64,000 nt of DNA, from the NCBI RefSeq assembly GCF_009914755.1, contig NC_060938.1, one strand, 5' to 3'. Positions 26,178-42,004 of the stretch are shown here, piece after piece. Under the pieces are notes generated by a model that ran no database searches, was not told the DNA's origin, and worked only from the letters and a program-made list of their open reading frames with translations. Numbering within the stretch: the stretch's first letter is position 1; every line of letters starts with the position of its first letter. The DNA is from the human T2T-CHM13v2.0 reference genome, Homo sapiens. The translations under genes were made by a program, and so were the position numbers.

Positions 26178-27383
26178 TCACAAGTAAATTCTTTATCCAA
26201 TATATAGGCCCAGATTTTTTAAATAAATAATATTTCCTAGATTATAAATGTTAAAGTATATATTCAAATGGAATTTTGATGAAAAAGTCTTCATCTAAAT
26301 AGTGGAATAAATAACCATAACTATAAATATTCTTTATAGCTTTGATGGCATCAGTATTCTTTAATTATGAAATTGGTTTAATTTTTATTGTCTTGTAACA
26401 TGTCCAAGATCTAGAAAAAGAAACAATAGCAATTATGTTATTTACAAAGTTGATTTTATATCGTATTATCTGACACAATACCATTTACTTTTATTAAATT
26501 AATTTCATTGTTCAAATCTTTTTATATACCTCATGCTTCACCAAAATTTTATTCACTTTAATAATTAAACTTACATAATGAGAAATAGATTTATGAAATT
26601 ATTCGAATAAAAAAATCATTGTTATGCTATTTCCATTTCAATTATATCATAGTAACCCATGCTAGAATATGTTTACAGGACAGGATTAAATTTTCTGAAT
26701 GGTAATATTTAATATATTTTCTTCTATTTCCTGAATAAATTCATGATCTTTTATTTTTGTAAAAATATTATTATTTAATTGGTAACACTAACATTCCCAG
26801 ACTATTGCAACAAATGCCTTGCACTTGAACAAATTTTATGATAACAATTCACAAAATTTTATTGGTGTAGCCACATCAAAGGCACATCAACTAGTGAGAC
26901 TCAATCAGCATCTGTCCTTCATGTCTTAACAACACATAGATTTCTCCTTTCAGTAATGGCATTCCATACTTTCATCAAGCTTTCTTCTTTTTCGCCATCA
27001 CAGTTGCCCATCACACTATCCCATGTCTTGACACAGGCTTGGACAGATGACCTAAGCTAATTATAAAACTTCATCCCATAAACCACAAGAAATGAAACAG
27101 GTAGAGTCAGGTAGTACAAGCAGGCCAATCTAAATCATGCCTTGGGATTTTTCTTATTGAAATTGTATGTTCAAAGAATTGAAGAAAACATCCTAGAAGT
27201 TGTCCCCAAAAAGAATATATTTACTAACTGGTTCAAATTTAATGTGAGTCAAGGTGCTACCCCAAATTGTGTATACCTTAGAGACTTTAACATCATTCCC
27301 AGCATGAGTCTTCATGTGTTCTAACACAGTGAGTCTCTCAGTGCAGTTACAGTGATGGTGTGTCTGCAGTGTATTATAAGTCA

Positions 27384-27703
<320 letters not shown>

Positions 27704-28023
27704 AAATTCATATAAACTTCATACATGGAAGAATTACAAAGTCATTCTGTTTGCAAGATAAACCGATCTATATTAGCCCTAGTTGTTGGATAAATGAATT
27801 CAGGGTACTATGAATAGATCTAATTAAGTATAAAAAAAAACACTAAATTTTATTCCAGATACTGTTTATTTATAAAATATCACATTTCATCTAGATGTTC
27901 TTCAGTCACTGATTATAATAATGCTGAGAACCAGCAGCCACAAGTCTCAGTGACTTAATAGAAATTTATTTGATTTCAGGTCTGCAAAGTAGCTGAGTGG
28001 TTATTCTTCTCTCAGTTGTGCTA

Positions 28024-28419
<396 letters not shown>

Positions 28420-28695
28420 AAGTCAAGTGCTTTGTACAGGATAACTTGGTTTTGTTTTGCATCATCTCTCAGCCTCCAGTGGGCTAACCTGCATTGGCTG
28501 TCATAGTGGCCAGCTTCTAAAAAAAAAGAGCGAGCAAGAGAGCAGAAGTACACACATTCTCTTCTGGACTCAGAATTGTAACAGTATCTCTTATTGTGAA
28601 TTTGATATACCTAAACAGGTAACAAATCTTAGCTTTAAGGGGAAAAAAATTGACTTCACCTTCAAAGAAATAAGTTGCAATGTGTCATTAGAAGA

Positions 28696-28698
<3 letters not shown>

Positions 28699-28772
<74 letters not shown>
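28699..28772. repeat. (AT)15(AG)22 compound microsatellite
   Basis: Read directly; source of the YIYI/ERER ORF 28457..28816. Confidence 0.95.
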
Positions 28773-28776
<4 letters not shown>

Positions 28777-30297
28777 CGCACGTGAGAGAGAGAACCGGAG
28801 CCATGTTTGCAACTGAGGTACACAGATGACCTAGGTGTATGCGTGTGGCGTATATGTGCATTTGTCTTTTAATTCCTGATGTTAGCTCAATCTATTATCA
28901 CATGTACTTCTCCAATAGCAGAAAGTCATTCTTACCAGTGGTCCTGTTTCTGCTTCATATTCAATCCTGTATTCCACTCAGAAATATTATTGGAAATAAA
29001 TCTTGATCACATTAAAATTTTGAATTATTTCAAATATCGATGAATTCTCATTGTAAACAAAGTTGGATGCAATTTATTCTGCTTCAGGAGATTATACATT
29101 GATTCCTAAGAATCAATTCTCATCCACTTCCAAATGGGAAAAGACAAAACTCATGGTAAAAATCCTAAATTTTATGGATAAAGTAAATATTTTTTACAAC
29201 TTTTCAGGCTGAAAGAAAAAGTTTATTATGAAGCGAAAACAAATACTATTAGTATCAATCACACTATCCATCTGTATTATTATATGTTATAAAATGGCAA
29301 TACAACATCAACATACATGACAGAGACAAAATTACTAAACCCAATAATTTTCTACCAGCAAATAAATATTATTTATCTGTTCAGGATGAGAAAAAGTTAA
29401 TAAAGAAGTTATTAAATCAGAACTTACCTGATGAAAATGCTAGAAATATATAATAAACAGTAAATTATAACAGAAACTTCTAGGGAAAAGTAAGGGAGCA
29501 CAGTGTAAATAATAAAACTTAAAACATATAATTAAAAATACATAAGTAATTATATTGTCTGGGAATGTCTAAATATGAATGAAATAGAATAAACAATGCA
29601 AACAACTTATGTAAATAATAATTATTATTATTAGAAATAATGATAACTTATTATTACTAATAATCTGAAATAAGTGGCACTAAAGTATCTCAGGTTTGGA
29701 AGGATATAGAGGGAGAATGGAGATGTGTCTACTCAAGGTATTGTGGGTGGTAAATTGAAAAGCAAATTCTCTCATCTTGAAGAGGGAAGAAATAATTAAA
29801 ATGTATTCTAAAGATCACCTGGTATGGTAGGGGGCAGTGGGAAAATACAGCTCCAGGAGAAAAAGGAGGCATAGTTAATAATGTGTTTCCTTAAAATAAC
29901 AAATAAGCATATATTTAACTGTAAGAGATAAGATAAGGAATTTAAGCACAAATAACATTATAAAACAACAAGGGAGTCTAGACTAAATAATATCACAAAA
30001 TAAAAATAATTTAATTACTTCAGTCAAAACGACAGACTGAGAGAGAAAAAAAGGACACAACGACTAAGTATAAATGGGCCAAATTCTCCCATTAAAATCA
30101 ATAAATTATTAGATTGAAAAACTAAAACCAAAGTGTAAACAAGGGTAAGCAGGGAAAATATAAAGTCTTAGATGACCTTGTTATTGTAAAAAAAAAAAAA
30201 ATTAAAATAATTTAGCAACTATCTAAAGAAACTTAAAGAGAATCAAAAACACAAGAAAAACTGGAAAAAATAGTTACAAATAGAAAAAGTTAAGTTA

Positions 30298-30696
<399 letters not shown>

Positions 30697-30962
30697 CTAC
30701 TAGATAAATAAATAAATAAATAAATAAATAGAACATGTAAACTTGAAAATGAGGAAATGAGATATAACCACAGATATATGATAACATCATATTTAACCTA
30801 ATGCTACGTGTGAAAATAAAAATGAAGGATTTATTTCCATGGCATAACTTATTGTACTTGACCAATAATGTTGTAAAGAACATAAATATTTGATCCATCA
30901 TATTTTATCAAATATATGTAATTCAAAGTGGTGAAAGTGTTGGTATAGAATATATAGAATTT

Positions 30963-31275
30963 GGCTGAGCATGATGGCTCATGTGTAATCACAGCATTTT
31001 GGGAGGCCAAGACAGGAGGATTGCTTGAGGATTTGAGGCCAGGAGTTTAAGACCAACCTGGGCAACATAGTGAGACCCCATTTTTACAGAAAAGTAAAAA
31101 TATTAGCCAAAAGGGTGCATGCTTTTATTCCTGGCTACTCAGGTGGCTGGCTGAGGCAGGAAGATCGCTTGAGCCCAGGATTTTGAGGCTGCAGTGAGTT
31201 ATGATTATGCCACTGCATTCCAGGCTGGGTGCCAGAGTAAGACCTTGTCTCAAATATATATATATATATAAAAAA
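30963..31275 (+). mobile_element. AluJ
   Basis: ggaggattgcttgagg...gagcccaggattttgaggctgcagtgag pattern. Confidence 0.9.
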
Positions 31276-32306
31276 TAAAAATATATATGCAACTTTTAAA
31301 AAATTTAATTACAGAGTAGGAATGCATATAATAAACAAACCCAAGATGAATCTGTTAAAACTTGAGAAATAAATATATTTGAATATGAAAATATTATCAG
31401 CTAGCCAGATGTGAAAATGAAAAAATATTTCACACATTATCAATAATCTAAACTCTTTTAGAATGCATTAAAAATGAAGATATACACTCTATATGAAGAA
31501 AATAAAATCTTTCAGGACAAGGATCAAAATGTTTTAAGAAGTGAAAATATATACCATATTCATCAATAGGAAGATGTTGTATTTAAAAGCATAAAAAGTA
31601 TTAATTTAATGTAATTCCAAGTCAAAACTTCAGTATTGTTTTGAATTGGTATCTCGAAGTTTTTATAAAATATAAAGACTTTAGAAAATACTTCTTTAAA
31701 CTGTGAAAAAAAGTGCAGTGGAAATATTTTTAAAATTTTACCATGAACAACAATAATATAAATTTCCTATATTTCAAATATTATGACTACTACAGAATTC
31801 ACTATGACAGAATAAAGAACTTGTAATTTATAATATTTAAGAGAATTAAATTATGACAAAAGTAGTACTTCAATATAAAAAAGATGTTTTCTTATACTAT
31901 GCTGATACAATTTGCAATCTATCAAGAAGAAAATCAAATGTGGCCCATTTTACAAGCATTAAAAGCTTTAATGAATTAAAATAAACATGTTAGAAACATA
32001 AGAAGCCTAAATTTAAGGCACTTTATTTATAAGTGAAATAGAACTGAAAGAAGACATGGAGAAACAATATTTCTATAAAAATTATAGACATGTTTGACAA
32101 TATTAAATTTTAAATGTATGGCAAAATGCACCATGTATCAATTCATATAATAATATTTTCAATGTATATAACATAAAACATATTTTTATCTGAGGTGATG
32201 TTTGGGTTGAAATGATAAATGAGCAAGACTTCAAGAGGCTTTTATTCAGTAATTTGTTTATCCATTAATTTAAAAACTTATTCATTTTAATTGAATGAAG
32301 TGAATC

Positions 32307-33412
32307 ACTGGATCATCTGATAGTTCTATCTTCAATTTTGGGGGAAACTCCATACTGTATCATTTTGTATTTCCTCCCACAGTGTGCAAGGATTCCAATT
32401 TTTCTACATCTTTACCAGCATGTGTCTTTTTCTTTTCTTAATAATGGCCACACTAAAGGTGTGAGGTGATATCTTATTGTGGTTTTGATTCATATTTCTC
32501 TGATAATAAATTATCTTGATCATCTTTTCATATACCTGTTGGCCATTTGTATGTCTTCTTTGAGGAAATATCTATTTAAGTCCTTTGCCCATTTAAAAAA
32601 TCTGCTTATTTGTTGTTGTTGTTGTTATTGTTAATGAGTTGAGGGAGTTCCTTATATATTTTGGATATTAACCCCTTATAAAGTATATGATTTGCAAATA
32701 CTTTCTCCCATTCTGTAGGCTGCCATTTTACTCTGTTGTTTCCTTTGCTGTCTGTACATCAAAAACTACAAAACATTGGTGAAATAAATTGCAAATAACA
32801 GAAATAAATGGAAAGCAATCACATGCTCATACATTGGAAAACTTAACATTGCTAAAATGTCTATATTACCCAAACCAGTCTACAGAGTCAATGTAATTCT
32901 CTATAAAAATCCCAATAGCATTTTTTGCAGAAATAGAAAAAGCAATTTTAAAATTCCTCTGTAACCCCACATAGCCAAAACAATCATAAGAAAGGAGAAC
33001 AAAGCTGGAGGTGTTGTATTTCCTGTCTTCAAAACATATTACAAAGCTACAGTAATGAAAACATTATAGTATTGGGATAAAGACAGACATAGCCAATAGA
33101 ACAGAATAGAGAGCCCAGAAATAAAACTACTCATATATATGGCCAGATGATCTCTGAATGCCATGACGACACAAGGGGGAAAATACAGTCTTTTCAACAA
33201 ATAATGTTGAGGAAACTGGGTAGCCACATGCAAAAGTATAAAATTGGACCCTTATCTTATACCATACACAGAAATAAACTCAAAATATATTAAATATTTA
33301 ACTGTATGACCAGAAACTACAAAACTCTTATAAAATCGAGGAGAAATACCTCAAAACATTGATGTTGGCAAGGATTTATTGGATTTGACACTCAAAGCTC
33401 AGGCAACAAAAA
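32307..33412. mobile_element. L1MA/MB ORF2 with an internal inversion (32307-32751 minus, 32752-33412 plus)
   Basis: The two opposite-strand pieces are adjacent parts of ORF2. Confidence 0.8.
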
Positions 33413-33459
33413 GTATTTTAGTATTTTAAGGATGTTTCCTTTTTGTCTGATTTACATGG

Positions 33460-34400
33460 TTTATTTTTCCTCTAAAAGTTTTATTTGGTTCTTTTATTAT
33501 ATATTTACTTTTCTTTCCATTCTGTTCTTATCTTTCTTTAAATCTTTGAGCATAATTATCATATTTATAACAGATTTTTAAAAGCTCCCTTTTCTGTTAA
33601 TTCCATCACCTCTGTCATGTATTGGTCTATTTTAATTGATGGATTTTTCCTCTGGTTATAGTTACAATTTTCTGGTTCTTTATTTGCCAGGCAGTTTCTT
33701 TTGGATGAAGGGCACTGTAAATGTTACATTGCTCAGTGTTTGAATTCTGATGTCTGCTTTGATTTTACAAAGAATTTAAATAAATTTTTAAAAGGCTGTT
33801 ATGTTTTTTGTGGATTACTATGATTCTTTCAAGGTTTCCTCTTAAGCCCATTATAGTAGCATTGAATAGTATTTACTTTAGAACTGAATAGTCCTTTTAA
33901 AGAGTCACCGTTTGGGGGTCTCTACTGATAGCTCTAAAGGATTAGCAAGGTCCCACAGCTCTGGGTGGAAATCAAACATGTTCTTAGCTCTTTGCGAGCT
34001 CTGGGTATGTTTAATGTTTTTTTTTTTTTTTTTCACTTCTACACATATTTGTGTAGCTAAATTCTCAAGCAAACCTCTGTGCAGATTTTTGAAGCCCGTT
34101 TTTCTATGTAGCTCCTGCGTTTACAGTACTCAATGGATATTTCCATCCATTTTCACCTCCCTGACCTCCAATCTTTATCAGCATGACTAATATATTTTAC
34201 TTGGGATTTCCTTCCCTCTGGTGTGGTCTGGAAAGGGCTTCTAGGCAGAAAACCAGAATGTAGAGATTACCATCTTTGTTTTCCTTCTTCTAAGTATCAC
34301 ATTTCTGTACTACTTGATGTCCAAATGTCTGAAAATGTCTGGTTTTACCGTTATTCATGGTGCATGGGTTTGTTCAATCCTGACAACTCTGTCATGGTTG
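33460..34400 (-). mobile_element. Old L1M 5'/ORF1 region
   Basis: ctaaaagttttatttggttcttt...gttaattccatcacctctgtcat...ctattttaattgat resembles L1ME 5' ends. Confidence 0.5.
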
Positions 34401-34749
34401 GAATGGGAATTCTCAGCATTTACTCTAATATGGGGCATAATAAGAACATCTTGTTCTTAATAAACATCATGAAGGTTGTAAAAGTGTCTCTCATTTTCTT
34501 TTGACTCTTACCACCTAACATGGCATAGAGTTGGCCCTCAGTATATATTTGTTGAGTGAATAAATTAAAAATAAAAAAAAACCCTGCTAGACTATTTAGA
34601 GAAACAAGCCAAAGCTTCTTATCAGAAGGACAACTTCTGCTTCAATGAAACAGTGAAGACAAACGTTTATTATGCAGATTTGTATAGCGTTTTGCCAATG
34701 GTTGAGGGAGTTATGTGACAGTGATGTGCATTCAAATATGTAAAGATAA

Positions 34750-35386
34750 TGGGGCTCAGACAATACCCCAAAGTATAGAGCTTGATCTGTTCAGCAATTT
34801 TATCTAAAGGAAATTAAAAGGCCTTAGAAGCAATCTTAGAAACAAGGACTTTCTGACCTTCTTTTGTTCCTCCCTCTCCTACCCAAAAAACACAGGATGG
34901 AACTCTCTCTGAAGTTTCCTTCTCTGAAGCTCCTCCAGAAGCAAACAACTACCTTTGTTCCCCACCATGAAATTTCATTAATCAGAGAGGATTAAATTCA
35001 TATCTCAGGAAGGAAGGCTGAGAAGTGTCATTAAACATGGACAGACTTTGTCACAAGCTATTGTCTGTTCCTCAGGTCTCAATCAGTTTTACAAATAATC
35101 CTTTACAAACTCTTGTTTGGGCCTGATCAACTCTCCTAAAAATAATTTACTACCCTCAAAATTGCCTGCCTTTCCCCATCTTCCTCTCTTCTATGAAGAG
35201 GATACTATTTAAGCTTCAGCCATCTGGCCCTTCTTTGAGCCTCATATTTGATGTGTCTCCCATGCACATGTGCATGTTAATAAATTTGTATGCCTTTTCT
35301 CCTGTTAATCTATTTATTATCAGTTTATTTAAGCAAACTCCATTAATCAAACCTTCAGAGGGAAGTTTAAACTTCTTCCCTGCACA
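34750..35386 (+). mobile_element. MER39/MER34-group ERV1 solo LTR
   Basis: tggggctcagacaataccccaaagtat start; tatttaagctt TATA region; ttaataaatttgtatgccttttctcctgttaatct; aaccttcagaggg near the end. Confidence 0.8.
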
Positions 35387-36467
35387 AAGATGATGTCCTT
35401 TTTTTTTTTTACTGCACCAACAGACAACTTAGGCAGGTCGAAATTTTTCTCTCTGTTTTAACGTGCAAAGGAATTTGAGGAAGTATTTACAATAAAATCA
35501 ATACTTTTTGATAAGGAATATCAAAGATCCCATGAAATGTAAGCTGTTGCTCTAAAAGTGTATGAGTCTCATAGTCTTGGAGAAATCCTGTAATAGTCTC
35601 ATCTATCATTAATAATTTAAACTTACACATTTCACCTAAAGTGATTGGAAAAGACTGAAAAGCTCTCGTTGCAATATGCCAAAATCATTTTTGGTCCATA
35701 GTTGCCCTCAATGAACTTTCCATGTTCTTATGCTTTAATCTGCAGGTCACAGACATTGATCTTCCCTGATAGATGAATCCAGTCCTATATATGAATACTA
35801 TTTTGCTAAGTCTGACAATTTAACCCCAAGGAACCTGAAAACCTGCATAGGAATTGGCTTCTCTGACTGCTGGGAACAATCAGACATTTGGCCGTCATTA
35901 CAGGAACCATTGCTAATTTGTGTTCTAATTAACTTTCCAAACCCATAATGATGGCTTGTTTTGTTCTTCTGAATCTCCATTCATTTTTTATTCTTAAGGA
36001 GTGTTTGGCTATATGGTAGGGAGCTAAAACTTAATTTTACTTTGGATTAATTAGTAATAAATATGTCCTATTAAGAAAATGTTCTAAGAAAAGCAAAGGA
36101 AAGTCATGAACCTCAACTAGTAAATGACCTATAGAGGAAATTCCTATAATCACAAATGTAAGTCAGTCACCAATTAGAAATTTAGTTCCCACAGTGGGCA
36201 CACTATTTAAGACACTAAAGCCTTTCAGCTTTAAGACATATGGTTTCAAGTTTTGATGCAAATCTGAAGGTGAGGCATTCAATTTGAATAAAAGAAGAAC
36301 AAAGTTTGTTTAAATTAGGCCAATTCAAACTTGTTCTGTGAAATGAATGTACTGTCTTTATTGTTTCTTTTCCTTTATGTTGTCCATAGCTTTTTGCATA
36401 TTCTCTTAGAATCACAGAACTTTGAACTTGAGAGGATCTATACAAATTATGCATTTGACTCTTCTCA

Positions 36468-36574
36468 CACAGGGGGCTTCTTAAAACTATAGACTTCTGA
36501 ACCTCTTTTGCAAAAATTATAATTCAGCTCATGAGGAATGGTCCCAATAATCTGAATTTTAAAAAATGACTCAG
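36468..36574. mobile_element. MER5-like hAT fragment
   Basis: ggggcttcttaaaactatagacttctg...ggtcccaataatctgaattttaa. Confidence 0.5.
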
Positions 36575-37077
<503 letters not shown>

Positions 37078-37129
37078 TTATACAGTTTTAAATGGTAGAG
37101 GGTATCACTCAGATTATTTCTTCTTATAC

Positions 37130-38570
37130 AGTTTTCTTAACGTGCCTTTCAAAAAATTGATCAATTTCATCTAAGTAGTCAATATTTTAGCCATGAAATT
37201 GTCCATAATATATGTTTATTGTCTCTATAATGTCTGTCTGTAGCATAGGTAGTTTGCCTATTATTTAATATAGGCCCAATCTTCATAATTAGTGTCATCT
37301 CTTTAGAAAATAATCAGGCTTTGGTTTCATTAATTTTCTTCATTATTTGCGCAATTTCATTTCTTTAAATTTCTGCTCTTCTGTTTTCATTTTCTCCCTT
37401 CTACACACTGCAGGTTTGATTTACTCTTCTTTTCATAGCTTCTTAAAGTAGAGCTTAGATTATTGTTTTTTGAAGCTCTTCTTTTCTAATATAAACATAT
37501 AAAATACATTTCTCTCTAAAAAATGCTTTGAGTTGTATCCTGCAAATTTTACTCTTTGGAGTTGTTATTTTAAAATATTTCAGCCTACTTTGTAATTTTT
37601 TTGTGTGATTTCTTTTCTGTCCCAGAAGTTATAAAGAATAGTGCTGTTTACCTTATGAATATTTATGGATTATCCAGGTGTTCCATTATTGTTTTTAATT
37701 TAATTTTCTATTATTTCCCTTTTTTGAAATTTATTGAGACTTGATTTATGGTGGAGAATATTATCTGTGTTTGTGACTATTTTATGAGTACACAAACAAC
37801 TTGTGTATTTCAGTTGCTTGGTATAGGGCTCTATAAATATATTTGATGTCAAAATCATATATATCCACATGCTTTGTGTGCCTATATTTTGTTTAGTTTC
37901 AGGTTCTTTTCATAGCTCTTATATGTCTAATGAAAAAATCTTAATATTTATTTGACTGAATATGTGTCTTTTATATTTATAGTGAATTTTTGTTGAGCTA
38001 ACCTGAAAATTTTTTGTTCCATTGCCTTCTGTCTTACATTCTTTTCAAAAGTCATCAGTAATTTTTAGCTTTACTTCATGAAGATGATATATATTTTTTT
38101 CCTCTGACTTTTTTTGAGATTTTTTAAAATTTCAATTTCTATCAATTTGATTTTTATAAGCTTTGATGGTGTTTTCTTTCTGTTTGTTTTTTAATTAGCA
38201 TTCATGATAATTATTTTATCTATATATTCATAGCTTTTATTGCATTTGGAAAAAATACATTTTATTTAAGTAGTTGTATCCACATCTCTTTTTCTTTCTT
38301 TTTTGAATTACAATTATGCATATTTTAGACTACTTGATACTATCCTTCAAATAACTGAGGACCTTTTCATTTTTTAAATTTTTTTTCTATTTTTCAATTT
38401 GGAAACATCTTATTTTCTTATCTTTGATTTACTTATCTTTTCTTTGACAATATTTAATAAATTGTTAAGCCCAAAGTGGTAATTTTAAAATTTTAGATAT
38501 TGTAGTATTCATTCTAAAATTTTTACTTGCTGCTAATTTTTATTGTAAATTGACAAACTATAATTGTACA
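37130..38570 (-). mobile_element. Old L1M (ORF1/ORF2) remnant
   Basis: T-rich; ttggtttcattaattttct...gcttagattattg...gaaatttattgagacttg. Confidence 0.6.
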
Positions 38571-41527
38571 CATTTCCTTTTAGTGATCACATCTACATCC
38601 TATGCTTTTTGTTTTTCATTATCAATAAATTGATACTCTCCAAGGAGTCTGCCTCTATTTTCCTTTTTGCCCTCTTAAGGAATCATTTTAGATAGCCTAA
38701 AGAGTTAGTGAGCTACTCAGATTAACATTTATCTGCCAAGCATTACTATTGCTATAAGGGACCTCTTTCTTCTCTCCTGAATTGATATTCTTTTTTTTTT
38801 ATTCATTTCCAAAATAAATTATTGTTTGTTATTTTTGTTTTCTAATTTCTAGCCAAAATGTGTGTGTAATGCAGGAAAACCCTGTTCAAATAGATGTCAT
38901 GATAAAGAGACCCCGCAGGAAGAAACACTCCAAGTCACTATTTGAATGCCACTAGAGCCCCCACATAGGAGCAAAGGATGTCATCCTGGGACATGGATCT
39001 GTAATTCATCTTTAATCTGTGGAAGTGCCTCACACCTCTCTGTGTAAAGACACTACACCAGCTAAACTGTAGTGCATTTACCATAAGTTTTGCAAACCAG
39101 AGGGATAAAGAAGAATTCTGAAAACAGGAGCAGAGAATATGATCTGCCAAGGACTAGGCAGGATTTATTGGGTCCCTTTATATTGTAAGAATACAATTAC
39201 AAAATATGTGAAGTTGGTAAATTAGCTCAATGATTTGCTCAGCCGCATTGAATGAATGAGTGGTCTGCAATAAGGAAATTCCTCTGGTGTGGTTTTTAAC
39301 AGACCCCATCTAGTGAGACCTCAGTAAGAAAGTTTCATACAAGGTGAATGAAGGAATGGTTCTCAATTTTCACTTCACTGGGTGAGGCATAACTTAATGA
39401 AAGCAACTGTCTGTCAGCATTTGAAAAAAACAACATTAATCTAATTATGGATTTTCCTACCTGATGATTTGGCTGCCAGAGTGAGAGCCTCTTAATCATT
39501 CTGAAGACTCAAACACAAACCCTAGAATCCTGGAAAATTTAGGCCATGAGTCAAGGAACTCACAGAAGTCCTAGATCTGCTCTATATTTGGGGAAAAAAA
39601 GGGTTTTTTTAGTAATAACACAAAATAACTGGTAATTGACTGCAACATAGATGTGTGGAACCTTTTTATGGGTATCATACCAGTCACTGCAGTGTTCAGT
39701 GTGCCAGCTCTGCTCATGGCTGGCTCTATATTGCTGGCACTGGATGGCTGTTAAGTTGCCATGTTTTGTACAGCAGTTTTACATTTTGATATACAAACAA
39801 ACAGGTTTTTGCTGCAAATGGAAAAAAAAAGTTTTTTTTTGATTTATTTGTTTCGGGGGAAAGAATAATCATGATTTGCAATACTTCACACAATAACTAC
39901 ATTTCACTACTATAATTGACATGTTGGATGCCATCTAGCTGTCTACATCTGTCTTCTGGCTTTCATATTCCTATTGTTTATTTGTAATTCTATCACACCT
40001 ATGACCTAATAGATTTGAGGTCACTTAATCAATTATTTACAATGTGAAATGAAACAGCTTAGTGAAACTTTGTTATATTCATATGTACATATGTGTGTAA
40101 ATGTATAAATGTGTTTGTGTGTGTATCTTTGTATGCAAACATTAATATCCTTAAAAAATTGGCATTCTCTGACTTTACAGAGATTTAAATAGAAATACAA
40201 ATGTGATAAATTAATTTAAATAATTAAATGCAATAAGATTGAGGGGAAATTTTTAACCTACCATCAATAACCACAACTCAGTAATTAAGTCAATATTATG
40301 TCAATCACATAATAAGCATATACTGAGGTGCTACCATGTACTTGGCGTAATGGGGCATACAGAGATGATAAAGATCAAAGCCTATAGCTCTTGGGAGTCA
40401 TGAAAACGCCTACCATTTTAATTAATACCTGGATATCACTATATTTCTAACATGATTACTTTATTCTTTAGAAACTAAGCTTAAAGACCAGTTTATTAAA
40501 AACAAAAGAATTTAGAGATGAAAAAAACTGAAGTTAAACCATGTTAGGTAACTTACCCAGGGTCAGTCAATTCATTGTGGAGGAGACCCACCATGTGTTG
40601 TCAATAGTCAACAAAATAAATAATTCACCAAGCATACAAAAAGGCCTGCATTTTTTGTACAGTGTCATTTAAACCCTAATCAATTACTTCATCTTATATT
40701 TAGCAGAGAAATCGTGACCTCTTTCAATGCTGGAAGAAAAACTGGCCAAATTAGATTTATTAGTGCATTAATAAAACATTCTGCATGACTGAAAAGGATT
40801 CTCTAGGCTAATTTTGATATTACTTAATTTAGCTCTTACATACTGAACTTAGGACGTAGACCCTGGAAAAAACAAACAAACCAAAGCCCTTGCATCTTTA
40901 CTCTTCGGTCAAGACCTGAACTCAGTTCATACCTGTTGACTCTCAGGCCTTCTGTGGTTTCATGGCAAACAGGGCCAATGAGACATTGACCAGTGCTGTC
41001 GATGAATTGCTGTGTGGCTAAAGGTCAATTACGAATCCACTCTACAGATCTGTTTCTTCAAAAAGAGCATGAAGAGGCTGGATGAGATTATACTTAAAAC
41101 TCAACAAACTTGGAATTATATAACATTAAAGTTGGGTACTCAGATACAGACTTTATTCCTGAATTAGAATGCATCTTTTCTATCTCAAAGACATTCTGGA
41201 CTGCCTTGGTTAGTAAAGTTTACGCCCATCATTCTTAGATTTTCTGATGTAGCCATGTGCAAAAGATATTCATATGCCCTGGTCTTCTAAACCTCAAACA
41301 TCAGAAAAAAAGCCATGAGTGGGGAAAATTATACTTATCTCCTGTTTCTCAAGCCACATCACCAAACAGGATGACTCAACCTCTGAAATCCTTGAATGTA
41401 GCCAGTTACTCTTCAATGCTCATTACTAAATTCTTTCATGAAATCTTTATTAGGAGAGTTTCACTCAAGAAAGCCCCCTCAGTTTCATATAATTACAATT
41501 ATTAAAACTTTTTCAAAAGTTCTTGTC

Positions 41528-41816
41528 AGCCAAGTGTGGTAGCTTATGCCTGTAAACTCAGCAGTTTGGGAGGCTAATGTGGGAGGATTCCTTGAGCTAA
41601 GGACTTGAGACCAGCCTGGGCAACATGACGAAACCCTATCTTTACAAAAAATTACCCAGGAGTGGTGACACACACCTGTGGTCCCAGCTACCCAGGAGGC
41701 TGAGGTGGGAGGATCACTTGAGCCCAGGAGGTCAAGGCTGCTGTGCACCGTGATCATGCCACTGTATTCTAGCCTGGGCAAGACAGCAAGACCCTATCTC
41801 AAAAAAAAAAAAAAAA
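41528..41816 (+). mobile_element. AluJ
   Basis: ggaggatcacttgagcccaggaggtcaaggctg; TSD aaaagttcttg / aaaagtgcttg. Confidence 0.92.
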
Positions 41817-41967
41817 GTGCTTGACACTATTGGTGAAATGCAGATAATACAGGTTTTTTTTTTAAACAGGAATATATATATATATATATGAATATCTTAT
41901 GTATATGTAAAGATATATATATCTTTTTACATGATCTATATATATAGTGTGTATGTATATATTGATG

Positions 41968-42004
<37 letters not shown>

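Noticed and set aside
28457-28816. 119-aa ORF with YI/ER repeats
   Set aside because: Translation of an (AT)n(AG)n microsatellite within an LTR.
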